Program-made: the position numbers and the translations under genes
Notes under the pieces: model-generated
What the model was told of the DNA's origin: nothing
What the model saw: only the letters and a program-made list of their open reading frames with translations
Databases searched by the model: none
Origin: the human T2T-CHM13v2.0 reference genome, Homo sapiens
Assembly: GCF_009914755.1 (NCBI RefSeq)
Contig: NC_060940.1
Direction: 5' to 3' (one strand)
Length of the DNA: 64,000 bases
Part shown: positions 28,126 through 42,913 of the stretch, one piece after another
How positions within the stretch are numbered: position 1 is the first letter of the stretch
How the letters are laid out: each line of letters starts with the position of its first letter

Positions 28126-29323
28126 TTAATCCCAGGAGACTAAAAAGTTATCTTGCCAGCAAAGGGAATTATGGAGGTCAGGTGATCAGTGGAGTCCTGT
28201 CCCAAGTCTGTCTCACAATGAATCTGATGTTTTCATCCGTGCACCCAGGGAAATCCTCTGGTCACTCATTACAAAATCAAGATATGTATATTTATCATTT
28301 GGCAGAAGTCTCACATTGCTTAGCTGACTTACGGAGAAAGAACCAAAATGCTAAGAAAAGACCAGTGGAAGCCCCTGAAATTCCTCCCTTGTCAAGATAC
28401 TAAATGAGAAGCCATAATGCATCTGAGGGAAGTGGCAGATTTAGTGCCACCCCATAGACTGAAAGAATGCAGGTTTGGTGCTCTCTATCATATCCCCATT
28501 CAGTTAACTAGTTTGGATCTTAAAAATACCAGATACATCATGGAAGATTATAAGGAACTACCATAAATTTAACCAAGCAACAGTACCAAACATTATTGCA
28601 TCTGTGCAATTGTCAACACAACAATAAAGGCAAATAGTATCTTAACATTATTATGAAAATAGTGGTGACCCCACAGACCCCCCAAAAGTGCCATGGTGAC
28701 CCTTAGAGTCTAGGACCAAGGGTGGGAGTGGGGGCATTGCCTTTCACTGTTATTCCCAGTGACTCAGTTGAGGAACTTGTGCTTCAGTTCCTAGGAGAGA
28801 GATGGTCCTGTCAGGCTACACAGTAAGAACTCCACAAAAGCTAAAATTACAGCTTTCTCCCAGTCATTCTGGTTTCTCACAGAGGAGTACAAAGACACTG
28901 AAAGTTACTACCCTGTCAGTGGAAATTAATCATTATTATCATGAAGATATACAGTTGCTGCTACATAATGAAGGCAGGGAGGTTCATTGTGTTTCCGTAT
29001 CTAGTGATTAAGCAGAATTGCGTAGTAGCAGAAAGCACGGCCTTACAAGAGCATGGTAACCAGGGGCTCAGAGCCCTCAAGGATAAAGATCTGATTTACC
29101 CCAGATCATCAAAAGAGTGGCTAATTATAAGGAGTGTCTTGATTGAATAGTAGAAGGGATATTATTTCCAACTTTTGGATGAAACTGCAATGTGGAGTGT
29201 CCTTCACTAAAACTCCTATATTTATATTGATTTAAAAAAAATTTTAACCTTAAAGAAAAGATGACAGGATGGAGCAGACTTAACTTGGGAAGTGAGTTGT
29301 TTTGGGCATTACAAAGGGTTAAC
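28126..29323 (+). mobile_element. ERVL-type (HERV16/ERV3-16A3-like) internal remnant: pro, start of RT, 3' region
   Basis: GGQVISGVLSQVCLT protease-region motif; degenerate SPF...W...YHKFNQ RT start; PPT-like acaaagggttaac before the LTR. Confidence 0.75.
28590..28720 (+). mobile_element. hAT-Charlie-type MER fragment inside the ERVL
   Basis: aaaggcaaatagtatcttaacattattatgaaaatagtggtgaccccacagacccc. Confidence 0.5.
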
Positions 29324-29794
29324 TGTAGTGGACACTGTCAGTACTCTCAGGCACCCCAGACCTTACCATATAGCGGTGTTCCAGATACTCAGCACCTTCC
29401 AGTATCTGTATCTTCATGCTTGATTCAGTCTGGAAGACTACTCTGCCTGTATCCATAGAAGACTGGAAGTGCTTTGGAATTAGCTAACACCCCAAGGAAT
29501 ATTCCTTGATCAATGCTTAACAGGAAAGCGTATACAACTACTTCACTACCCTTAACCCTTGGATGGGATATGTCTGAAGTATGTGCTTTATACCATTTTC
29601 CAGACTTACTCCAGGGTTAAACTGTATCTGTCCTCTGTATTTTGCTTAATAGAGTACTCCTTATTACTGCTTTTCAACCCTATATCCGTTTCCACTTCTC
29701 TCTTGTCTCGATATTCCTTGCATCTCCCAAATGAATTACTTGCACTATGTTCTTTCTCCCAGGGTCTGCTTCCAGAGAAACCCACACTAAGACA
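29324..29794 (+). mobile_element. LTR16-type 3' LTR
   Basis: tgtagtggacactg...cagggtctgcttccagagaaacccacactaagaca. Confidence 0.75.
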
Positions 29795-31606
29795 AATTAG
29801 TAGCTACTACTTTCTGCTAGGTTTTTTACCTCTTGGTCACTGCTTGGGAATTGGAAAATGCCTTGGGGTAAAAGTACTTCTAAATATCAGGTTCAATTCT
29901 CTGCTCTTCTTTTCTCCTTGGATTCTTGACCCTTCAAGTCCTTACTGATTTGATAGCTCTCTGATGCCTTCAATAAACTTTAAAAAATGTATCTAGCTAT
30001 TTCAGTTGTCCTCAGCGGGAGAGTTGGTCCAACATAACTGATAGCAAAAATCAATTTCTTTCAGAAATCCATACGTGAATTGAAGAAAGTTTAATGAGAA
30101 CTAAGAGCAGTTACTGCCTTATTCCATGACATTTAAAAAACTCCAAAAACATTTTAAAAATGTAATATCCAATTTTATAGAAGTGAAAAATAAAATAACC
30201 AAGCCAAGCTCAAGACATTCTTACATTATAACTCTTTCAATCACTTTTGATTCCTTGTTTCCTGCCAATCTCTACATGCATTGGGTAGTTTCTTTGTCCT
30301 TATTTTATGAGAAGAAAATAGACATTTAGATTTGCTGTTGTTTTCATCACACATTCTGGGATTAATTATGTGGCTTTCAAGGATCGTTCATTCATTCCTT
30401 CGAGGGTAAGGGAGCAAGTATGAAACATTCATATTTCTCTCCATTTTCTACCCGTAAATACAGTTCAAGAGGGGCACAAAATGGTATTTTACATGGAAAC
30501 AGAGGCGTTAAGAGAATAAAAAAGAGCTTGTTTGAAGAGTTTACCATTAAGACTCATTCTATAGATTAATAGAGCCATCACCAGTCTCCAGGGTTATCAA
30601 GTCAACAATTTCATGAAAGTTAAATTTACATAAGAATGTGGGGAAAACGAATAACATTTCAATCTTTGTTGGTAGCAGGTCAAAAAGCCACATCCCTATT
30701 GAATTTGGAGCTCTGTTTTAGAGTGACTTTTACTGTGACCTCTTTTCCAGCTTTCAGTTTGTTGACTTGCTTAAGGCTTCTCCATGAACCAATTGGTTTC
30801 TGTGTAGTTTCAGTTCCATGTTTTAAGGAAGCTGTGCCTATGAGCTGAGTTGTAGATCTCATATACTACGTGCTTGTCATTTAGTGAAGGCTGTGAAGTT
30901 TGAGTGTTTCCTGAAGAGTGATAAATCCTACCTAACGAATTGTCTTCGTATTAAGAAGTAGGGCACAGTGTTGATATAATCTCACTTGCTGGTGTAAGAA
31001 ATGCCTCTTAACAATTGCTTGCATGTTAGAGAAAAATAAAAGGGAAGACAACTAATATGTTATTTATCACAAGTTCAAGTAACAATCTGAATATTTATCC
31101 CATACTACCAAAAAATTATTTTAAAAATATCATGCACAAATTTTGTCATCGTGCCAATTAGCTATAGGAAGTTTTTTCCTTTTCTGCCTGAGAGAGCATG
31201 AACTTTGCTGATATAATTTTCATTTCCTCTCCTATGAGGTGCCACTCTAGGGTAAAAGAGTATGAAAATATTCTTACTTCTCTGAAGTGGAGCATCTAAA
31301 ATGCTCTAAGATTAATATCTAACGTGTAAAAGCAAGGCAAAGGAGGGCTAGCCTGTTGTCTTAAAAAATTCTATGCTCCCCTTTCATGTATTTTTGTAAA
31401 CATCCTACCTAATCCCTGTATTAGTACTGTTGATCCAAACTTTAATTCCTTGAGAAAAGAAAAGATGTATGGCAATTTTGATTATAGTTCTTGGCCACCA
31501 CTGAATTGTGTTTGCTTGATCGGCACACACAGCTTGAAACAACTTGAACTCTGTAGCAGAATCCAAACCAAATACTTTTAAACATGGCAAAGATCTTTCC
31601 TAAATT

Positions 31607-31641
31607 TTTTCTTGGTGGTGGGCTGGCCACCACCAAGAAAA
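31607..31641. repeat. Perfect 15-bp inverted repeat with 5-nt spacer
   Basis: ttttcttggtggtgg-gctgg-ccaccaccaagaaaa. Confidence 0.95.
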
Positions 31642-31978
31642 TTCAATTGCAGCTAGCAGAGCCACCCAAAGAACTGCATTCACAACACCACAGATTGTGG
31701 CAACATTTGAAATTACAAAATTCGGAATAGCTTTCATGCAGTTAATTAGAAATAAATACGGATGTTAGGATGAGACACTACACGGTGGAACTCATTGGTG
31801 ACATTTTTATTTGAGGGTTTTATTTTTGATGGAGAATTCTGGGTCTGGGGGCAACATCATCTGTTAAGGATTCACAGTCTAGTTGGGGGAAAACTTGAAG
31901 GAATGTATAATACACCAGAGTCAACCTGCTTATAGGAAAAACAGGAATTTGTGGTGTTATGAGTTCATGACCTGGTCA

Positions 31979-32347
<369 letters not shown>

Positions 32348-33744
32348 CTATCCTGAGATCAAGATGAATTTTTGTTATTTTTATGCAATGTGGATCTGGA
32401 AACAAGGGTCAATGTAACATATATTATTCAAATCCCAAATAAATATTAGGGGATAATTTTTTCTCCCCTAACGTTCATTAAATACTTACAGTGTACTCTA
32501 AAAATATTATTGTCTTTGGATTTCATGATCCCTTGGGGTGCAGCTGTTAATATTCTTATATTACAAAGAAGGAAATGGAAGCTGTGACAGTCTAAGGTCA
32601 CTCAGCCAGCGTGTGACAAGTGTAGACAGCTTCTACACCTTGAACCCCCTTACTATCTTATGATCAAGAGGGTTTGGAACTTGTGTGAGGATTTTCTTTT
32701 AAGTTTATATATTATACTTTATGCTGAGTTATCATCAAGAAACATACCATCATTTGCCTCAAACACCCATCAAAAGGTTTAATTGCATTTTTGGTAGAGG
32801 TCATCCCATGCATTAATATTGCCCTTGTATTTGGTTCCTGCCTGATTCTTATATGTTCAAGGGAAAATGAAATAAGGAAATGAGAAATTTGCTTTGTAAA
32901 AGTGACTAAGTGCTTTAGAGCATTTGTGGGATCAGGTGTGTATATTTTAAAACTCTAATCTAGAGTTAGCCACCTATTTTTTTTTTTCCCTTAGGACAAC
33001 AGGCAGACGTCAGAAAGATGTGGGATTTTTCTGAGTTTTCCTGATTGGCCTAAAGCAATGAAGAGGAGAGGAGACAAAGACACAGGAACAAAAGAAAGGG
33101 AAGGAGGGGAGAAGTGGTATGACAAGGAGAGAGATTGGAAAGAAAGAAGGATGGGCAAAAAGGTGCATATGGAGAGGAATGGTTCTGAGACCCCAGAGTG
33201 TCTGTTGAATCTCTGGCAGGCGCCTGTCTGTCAATAACCCCCTTTTGCTCTGGTGAGGAGGGAGATAATTCATTGCCAGCTCCTTTTCTTCTACTTCCAC
33301 ATTGCTCTCTGGGGTTGGGAGAGGTGAGCAATTTGTTGCAAATGTATGATGAATTTCATTAAGAATTCACAACTGCTGTTAACATCACTGGAGATCTGAA
33401 AAATAGAAACCCAACATGCTCAGAACAGGTTTGACACACAGAGCAAAGATGTGAAATTTGCCAGAAATTAAAAGCTGTGCTGGTAAATTCAGGTCCTTTA
33501 TGATTAATTTTTTTTTTCTGTGCAGAACATGATTTTATTGAAATAATGACAGTTACATGTTTTATTAATGTGCTTTTTTAGACAGGCTTCATAACATGAT
33601 CTCATCATAAAGTCCTGGAAGGTAATGGATTTGTCATTCAATGAGTTAATGCAGTAGAAAGTACTTTGTAGCTTAGAAAGTGCCAAATAAATATTAGCTC
33701 TTGCAATCATGTTCCACATGGCAGTTTGATGTATAGATTTTTTT

Positions 33745-34689
33745 ATTTTAAATAAACTTTATTTTAGAACAGTTTAAAGTTTACAGAAAAACTGTGAAAC
33801 AGTACAGAGAGTTTCTACATACGACATACCTAGTTTCCCCTATTATTAACACCTTACATTGGTGTGGTACAATTATTATAAGTAATAAACCAAGATTTGT
33901 ATGTTATTTAAAGTCCACATTTCATTCAGATTTCCTTAGTCTTTATTGAATGTCCTTCGTCCGCTCCAGGATATGATCCAGGACACCACATTACATTGAT
34001 TTCTCCTGTTTCCTTCAGATCCTCTTGGCTGTGACAGTTGCGGAGACTTTCCTTGTTTTTGAAGAACTTGATCGTCCTGAGGACACTGATCAGATATTCT
34101 GTAGAATGTCCCTCATTTGTGATTGCTCTGGTATTTTCTTATGGTTAGACTGAGGTTATTAATTTGGGGGGATTATCTTAGAAGCAAAGTGCTATTTACA
34201 TCACATCATATCAAGGGTATATACTGTATCAACATGACATACTCTTGATGTTGGTCACCTGCTTAAGGTAGTGTTTGTCAGTTTCTCCACTGTAAAGTTA
34301 CTCATCCCTCTGCTCTCCATTCCATACTATACTTTTTGGAAGAAAGTCACTGTGCACAGCCCACACTTCAGGAGTGGGAAGTTATACTCCATCTCCTTGA
34401 ATGTACAGTATCTATATAAATTATTTGAAATTCTCCTGCTCAGGAGATTTCTTCCTCCTCCTCTATTTATTTACTTATTCAATCACGTATTTGTATCAAT
34501 CGGGACTCATATATATTTATTTTTTACCTTGTGTGATAATCCAATACAACTTTATTTTGTTGCTCAAGGTATTCCAGCTTTGGGAACCATTTATGTTCCC
34601 TTTGATATACCTGCTTCTTTGTGTGTATGGTTGTTTTTTGTTTGCTTGCTTGTTTTTTGGTTTTATTGTTTTGTTTAGCACTTCTTTAG
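33745..34689 (-). mobile_element. L1MC-type 3'UTR
   Basis: aaactttattttagaacagttt...gtttcccctattattaacaccttacatt. Confidence 0.75.
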
Positions 34690-34909
34690 AACCTCTGCCT
34701 CCCGGGTTCAGGCAATTCTCCTGTGTCAGCCTCCCGAGTAGTTGGGATTACAGGCACATGCTACCACGCCTGACTAATTTTTGTATTTTTAGTAGAGATG
34801 GGGTTTCACCATGTTGGCCAGGTTGGTCTCAAACTCCTGACCTCAGGTGATCCGCCCACCTCGGCCTCCCAAATTGCTGGAATTATAGGGGTGAGCCACT
34901 GTGCCCAAC
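34690..34909 (-). mobile_element. AluS, lacking the distal right arm and tail
   Basis: aacctctgcctcccgggttc...gagccactgtgccc; no poly-T. Confidence 0.9.
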
Positions 34910-35242
34910 TAGGTCTTACACTTTTGAAAAGAGAAAAGGGAAAAAAGGAAGGAAAGGTGGATGTTAGGAGGAGCCTCGTACTGTGATAAAACTCCAGGAA
35001 GGTCTCAACAAGGACATTGAGGAGACCCATAGCAATTATTGCCCATTAGAGGAGATCCATATAGGGCAGAAATGGCCTGGCTCTGGGGTCCCCACTGTGC
35101 CTAGTCATCGGCTGAGAGCACTCGGAGTGTGGCTTTGGTATAAACACTATGGCAGTCTCAAGGTGCAGGAGTTGGTGGCTGTACAGAAAGGTAAGAGCCA
35201 ACTATTTCCATGTCCATCACAATTCTCTATCATTCTATTGTC

Positions 35243-35620
35243 TGTTATATACTGAATGTGTCCCCCAAAATTCATATGTTGAAGCTCCAACTCTCCAGTA
35301 CCTCAGAATGCCACTATATTTAGAGACAGGTTCTTTAAAGAGAGATAGTTAAGTTAAAATTAGGTCATTAGAGTGGGTTCTAATTCAATCTGACTGGTGT
35401 CCTTATAAGAATAGAAGATTAGGACACAGACACACACAGAGGGAAGATCACAGAAGGACACAGGGAGCAGACGGCCATTTACAAACCAAGCAAAGAAGCC
35501 TCAGAAGAATGGACACCTTGATTGCAGACTTCTAGTCTCCAAAATTGTGAGAAAATAAATTTCTGTCGTTTAAGCCACCAGTCTGTGGTATTTTGAAGCC
35601 CTTTAGCAAATGAATATAAA
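35243..35620 (+). mobile_element. MLT1A/B LTR
   Basis: tgttatatactgaatgtgtcccccaaaattcatatgttgaag...ttaagccaccagtctgtggtattttg. Confidence 0.8.
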
Positions 35621-36572
35621 GTTTCACATTTAAAAGTTTTTCATTAAAAAAATCCATCACAGAACTACTGCAGTATTTACAGGTAAATGCTATAATGTCT
35701 GGAATTTATTTGGACATACTCCAGCTGAGAAGAGAGAGGACAGATGATAAAGAATGGCAAAATAATTACTATGAAAACTGTGTTTGAATGCTTGAAAAAT
35801 CATCATCATATTCTCTCTAGTGTATAATTGAAAGTTGACATAATAAATAGTTTAAAATTGTAACCAACTCATTATTATTAATTACTGGTAAGTCTACTGG
35901 GCATAGCTTGTCAGGATCTGTGTGGATTTTTGAAATGTTAAATTTAGAAAACCACAATAATAACAGCTAGCCACTGAAAGTCAGGAGTTCTACAACACAC
36001 TTTATGTAGCTATTTTATTGGTTGTGATAACCAGGCCAATAAGTTAACTATTTACACATTAAATAGCTTAGTTTGGACTTTCACAATAGCCTACTTGCTT
36101 CAAAATCCAGTGTTATTCCATTATAGTTTTCTGTCATGCCCCTGCCTCCCATATTAATAACTACTTTTATTGAATATTTGCTATTTGTCAAACATTATTT
36201 TAGATGTCATATACCATGAGGGGATGTCAAGTTAAAAAAAACACTACTTTTTTTTGCATCTATTAATATGGTAGTACGGTTGTTCTAATTTATTCTGTTA
36301 ATGTGGTAAAATGTACTAATTGATTCTTAATAGCTTTATTTGGGTATAATTGACCTATAATTAGCTGCACATATTTAAAATTCACAATTTATTAGATTTT
36401 AATATACGTATGCACCTGTGAAACAATCGCAATAATCAAGATAATTACTATTTCTATAACCCCTAAAAGTTTCCTCATGCCCCTTTGAAATTCCTCCTTC
36501 CTGCCCTCTTCCCATCTCCACACCCACTCATCTGTTTTATGTCCTGGTAAATTAGTTCACATTTTTTTAGAA

Positions 36573-36792
36573 CAATGATCAGCCAACAATGGCCTGTTGG
36601 TCCAATCTAGCTCAACCACCTGTTTCTGTAAATGAAATTTTACTGGAACACAGCCACACTCATTTGTCTACCTATCATCTATGGTTGCTTTCACACTGCA
36701 ACAGCAGAGTATAAATAAGACAGATGCCATGGCTTGCAGAGCCTAAAATATTTACTATCTTTCCCTTTACCAAAAATGTTTGCCAACCACCG
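36573..36792 (+). mobile_element. MER58A (hAT-Charlie MITE)
   Basis: ggaacacagccacactcatttg...gcctaaaatatttactatct...tttgccaacc; 8-bp TSD-like ttttagaa/ttctggaa. Confidence 0.85.
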
Positions 36793-38138
36793 TTCTGGAA
36801 CTTGATGTGAAGGAAGCATACTGTAAGTACTCTTATTTTTGTATGGCTTCTTTCACTTTCTGAGATTATTTTGATATTCATCCACACTGTATGTATCAGT
36901 AGTTCATACTTTAAAATGCTCAGCAATATTCCATTGTAGGGATATACCCATATTTTATTATCATCCACCTGTTGATCAACATTGGGTTTTTTTCAGTTTT
37001 AGGTTATTCACATAAAACTTCTATAAGCATTTAAGTCAAGTCTTAATATGGATTAGTCCTTTCTTTCTCTGAGAAAAAAACAAACCCAAAACACAGAAAT
37101 GGAATGCCTGAATCATACAGTAGACATATATTTAACCCCTTAAGAAACTGCCAAACTTTTCCAAATTGGTGGTATCATTTCATATTTCCAACAGCAGTAT
37201 ACTAGAGTTCCAGTTTCTTCATATCCTCCCTAGTAATTGGTATGGTAAGTCTTTTTAATTTTAGTTATTCTGATAGGTGTGCAATGGCTTAATTTGGGTT
37301 ATCCCAATGACTAATGATGTTGACTATATTTTCATGGGATTATACATTTTCTCTGGCGTTGTATCTAAAAATTGTGCCACTTTTTGGTTTTATTATTACT
37401 GATGTTTGAAGGTTGTTTATATAATACAATCTAGACACAAATCCTTTATTAAGTATATAGTTTGTAACTATTTTCTCCTTATATGTGGCTTGTGTTTTCA
37501 TTTTCCTAATAGTATTATTCAATGAGTAAAAGTTCTAGTTTTCATGAATTACAATTTATCTTTGTACTTTTATGGATTTTTCTTTTATATTTATATGATA
37601 CAACTTTAGTTAATTTGGTGTACAGCATGAGACATGAAGTTTTTCTTTTTCTTGTTTGTAGATATTAAATTTTACTATCTCCATTTGTTGAAAAGATGAT
37701 TTTTTTTCAATTGAATTGCTTTTTCACCTTTGTTAAGTCAATATTTTCATATATGTTTGGGTCTATTTTTGGTGTTTCTTTATTCAATTGATCTATTTGT
37801 CTATCTTTGTACTAAAACCATATTGTCTTCTGTAGCTTTATAATAAGTCTTCAATTCAGGCAGTGTTTAATCCTCCAACTTTTTTCTTTTACAAAGTTAC
37901 TTTGGCTCTTCTAGGTCTGTGGCATTTCCATATGATTTTCAGAATTAGCTTGTGAATTTGTACAAAAATACTGTGGGATTTTTGTTGGGATTTTTGTTAA
38001 ATCTATAGATGTTTGGAGGGAATTGAGTCTCAATAATACCAGGTTTTCTAATTCATACACAACATATATCTGTCAAATTATTTTTCTTTAATTTCTCTCA
38101 ACAATATTTTGTAGTTTTTAGCATACAGGCCTTGCACA

Positions 38139-38371
38139 TGGGAAAGAAAAATCTTGGGCCCCCAAATTACTAAGCTAAAGGGAAAAGTCAAGCTGGGAAC
38201 TGCTCAGGGCAAAACCTGCCTTCCATTCCATTCAAAGTCATCCCTCTGGGGTGACTTTGGGTTTATGTTATCAGGATTTCCTGAGGCTGTGTCATGGGCA
38301 TGCAACCTTAACCTTGGCAAAATAAACTTTCTAAATTAACTGAGACCTGTCTCAAATTTTCAGAGTTCACA
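38139..38371 (+). mobile_element. MER4A-type solo LTR, internally deleted
   Basis: aaagggaaaagtcaagctgggaactgc...ttggcaaaataaactttctaaattaactgagacctgtctca...ttcaca; 4-bp TSD caca. Confidence 0.85.
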
Positions 38372-39452
38372 CACATCTTTTGTCATATTTACTTTCAAAT
38401 ATTTCAATTTTAAAATTAATGTTGTTATAATTTCAATTTCCAATTATACTAGTTTATAGAAATACAATTTTTTTTATATTAATCTTGCATCTTTTATCTG
38501 ACTAAACTTATTTGGTTTCGGTTTTCATTTTTGTTTTTATAGATAGTATTGGGTTTTCTACATGACAACACTTTACCTGTAGCTAAAGACAGTTTTCAAT
38601 TCTGGATGTTTTATTTGTTTCACTTGTCTATTTCACTGGCTAGACTGTTCAGTCAATGTCGAATAGAAGAGGTGGGAACAGATGTTCTTGTTTTGTTTTT
38701 GATCTTAGGGACAAAGAATTCAGGTTTTCATCAGTATGTTGTTAGCTATAGGTTCTCCGTTGATATCTTTTCTCAGGTTGAGGAAGTTTGATTTTATCTC
38801 TAGTTTACTGGAAGTTTTTAAAAATGAATGTTTTGAAATCCATTTTCTCAGTTTATTGAGATGATCATGTGGTTTTTGTCCTTTATTCTCTCATTAACTG
38901 ATTTTTGGATGTTAAACCAACCTTAAGTTCCATTTTATAAGTTGTTGAACTCCATTTGCTAATGTTTTGTTGTGAGTTTTCATATCTATATTCATGAAGA
39001 ATTTAGGTGCTTGGTTTTAATTTGTGCAACATGTTGTCTGGCTTTGGTGTCAGGGTAATCTCAACCTCGTAAAATACTTTGAGAATGATCTTTTTGATTT
39101 TGTGGAAGTGTTGGTGAAGGATTGGTGTTACTTCGTCTTTAAACATTTGATATAATACACCAGTGGAGATGTGGAACCTGATATTTTCGTTTTAAGAATA
39201 TTGTGAATTATAATCCAAGTGCTTGTTACAGGCCTATTCAGATTTTCTCCTTCTTGAGTCACTTTTTAAAAGTTTGTGTTTTTCTACAAATTTTTATATT
39301 AAATATAAATTGTGAAATTTGTTAAAATAAAGTTGTTCCTAGTATTCACTTATAATCTTTTAAATTTTTGCAGGATTAGTGGTGATGTTCCTTCTTTCAT
39401 TTCTAATTTGGTAATTTGCATCTTCCATGGTATTGTTTCATTTAAGTTAGTT

Positions 39453-39652
39453 CAGTACTTCTCAGTCTTCTTTGACCCTTGAATGAGGCTTTTGAACGTA
39501 TTTTTCCTCCAGTTGTCACCCCCTACTGCATGCATTTTTAACACGACAGTTATAGTGTGCATTGTTTATGTACTGTGGTCTTTAGAAAACCATGGAACAT
39601 TGTAGTAACTAACTTTTTTTTTGTCCTTCAAGAAACAGCTTTTGAGAATGCA
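39453..39652. mobile_element. Small hAT-Charlie-type MITE
   Basis: TIR-like ends cagtacttctca...ttgagaatgcat interrupting the L1. Confidence 0.45.
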
Positions 39653-40141
39653 TAAAGATGTATCAAATTTGTTTATCTTTACAAAGGACTTTTGTTTTTA
39701 TTGTTTTTTTCTATTTTTTTGTTTTCTATTTTGTAAATTTCTGTTTTAATCTTTCTTATTTAACACCTTCTGCTTATTTGGTTTAGGTTCCTATATTTAT
39801 TTAGGTTCCTATATTTCGGTTACTGCCTGCTGTCATTTCCTTTAGTATTTCCTATGAAGCTGCTTTGCTAGCAACAAATACTCCCAGTCTTTTTTTATGT
39901 AGGGATGTCTTTATTTCACCTTCATTTCTGAAGCATAGTTTTTTAGGTTATAGCATTGTTGGTTGACAAGATTTTTTTTCCCTCTAGCACTTTAAATACA
40001 TCATTCCATGACTACCAGGCCTCCACTCTGTCCGCTGGGAAGTCAGCTGTTAATCTTGTTGTTCTTCTCTCTGTTTATACATGACAAATAGTTTTTCTCT
40101 TGCTGTTTTCGAGTTTTTTTCTGGTGACACAGTGTAACTAT

Positions 40142-40551
40142 AGTATTAGTTGTTTAGTGCTGCTATAACAAACTGGGTGGCTTAAAATAACAGTAATTTA
40201 TTGCCTCATAGGACTGGAGGCCAAAGGTCTGAAACCAAGGTGTCATCTTGAAAGCTCTAGGAGGCTCCTTCATTGCTTCTTCCAAGTTTCTTGTGGCTGC
40301 TGGCAGCCCTTGGAATTCCTTGACTTGAAGCTTTATCTCTGTGTCCATCACATGGTCTGTTTTTCTGTGTCCAAATTTCTCTCATAAAGACATCAGTCAT
40401 TGGATTAGGGCTGACCCTAATTCATTATGGTCTCACTTTAACTTGATGATCTTAAAAGATCCTATTTCCAATTAAAGTCATATTTAGTAGTATAAGGGGT
40501 TAGGCCTTTAACATACTTTTGGGGACACAAATTCAAGTTCAACCCACAACT
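40142..40551 (-). mobile_element. MLT1C-type LTR
   Basis: gctgctataacaaactgggtggcttaaaataacag...ggggacacaaattca. Confidence 0.78.
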
Positions 40552-40558
40552 ACGATAG

Positions 40559-40870
<312 letters not shown>

Positions 40871-40947
40871 GGTATGGATCTCTTTTGTGTTTATTCTACT
40901 TGAGAATTTGTTAAACTTTGGGATGTGTATATTAATGTTTTAAATAA

Positions 40948-41559
<612 letters not shown>

Positions 41560-42592
41560 TAAACCATTTCTCCTTATTGATGTTCTGTATTTACTGAATT
41601 ATTTAACTACACTTTCATTCTTTAAAACATGATTTCCTTTTATTCTTTGTACATTTTTATAAGAGTTTCTTTGCAGCCTTTGTCTGATTGCAACCTTTGT
41701 GTTCTGTGTTCCCTCAGAGTGTTTGTGTGGATTGATACTTTCTGGAGTGTGGCTCACATTTTTCTCTCTGTTTGCATTACCATGTAATTTTCTTTTGAAA
41801 ATTGGACAAGTTAGGTAACATATCATATCTCTGGATTCTTACTGCCCCATTCCACCCAATGACTTTTTGTTTTAGTTGTTGTTGTTGTTTTGTCACCTGT
41901 TTGGTGACTTTCCTGGACTAGGTATTGCAGAGCTTTACACTTCCATTCCAGAAGTCCTGCCTCCTTGATGCCCACTTTTAAGAGGTGTTATTATTGGCCC
42001 TTTAACTCTCTCTTCTCACAGACTCTCACCATCCAAGATCTGTCAGCTATAACTTTAATTTTTCTTTGACGAAGTTAAAAAAACTTAAATTTTGTAATGT
42101 GACCTTCTTTCAGTCTTCTGTATTACGTTTGTAAATTATTTTATTCATTTAAAACATTTATTTTGTATTTACTATTTTTCTGATTTTTCTGTCAATGTGA
42201 AGGATTCTGAGTTGGGGGGAAAACACCAAATATACTGGGCCTTTGCTGCCCTGAAATTCGTATTTTGTGTTTATGAGCTTAAAATACATATATAGTAAGT
42301 AGATTAAATCATATGTGAAAATTATCAATATATTTAGGTAAACAAAACAGCACATTAAAAGAATAACTATGGGGGTGGGAGGGAACTGTTTTTAATAGAA
42401 TAAAATATTTTTGAAAGGTGATTATAGGGTTGCAGTCTAAAGGTTGAGAAGGAGCCTAATGTGATAATCTGGAAGAAGTGCGTTTCAGGAAGAGAACCCC
42501 AGTGACAAATGTTTTTAAGATACGTAGTAATGGCATGTAAAATGATAGACTTGAAACTGAGGTGAGGTGAAGGTTGATAAGCATGGGCATAG

Positions 42593-42913
<321 letters not shown>

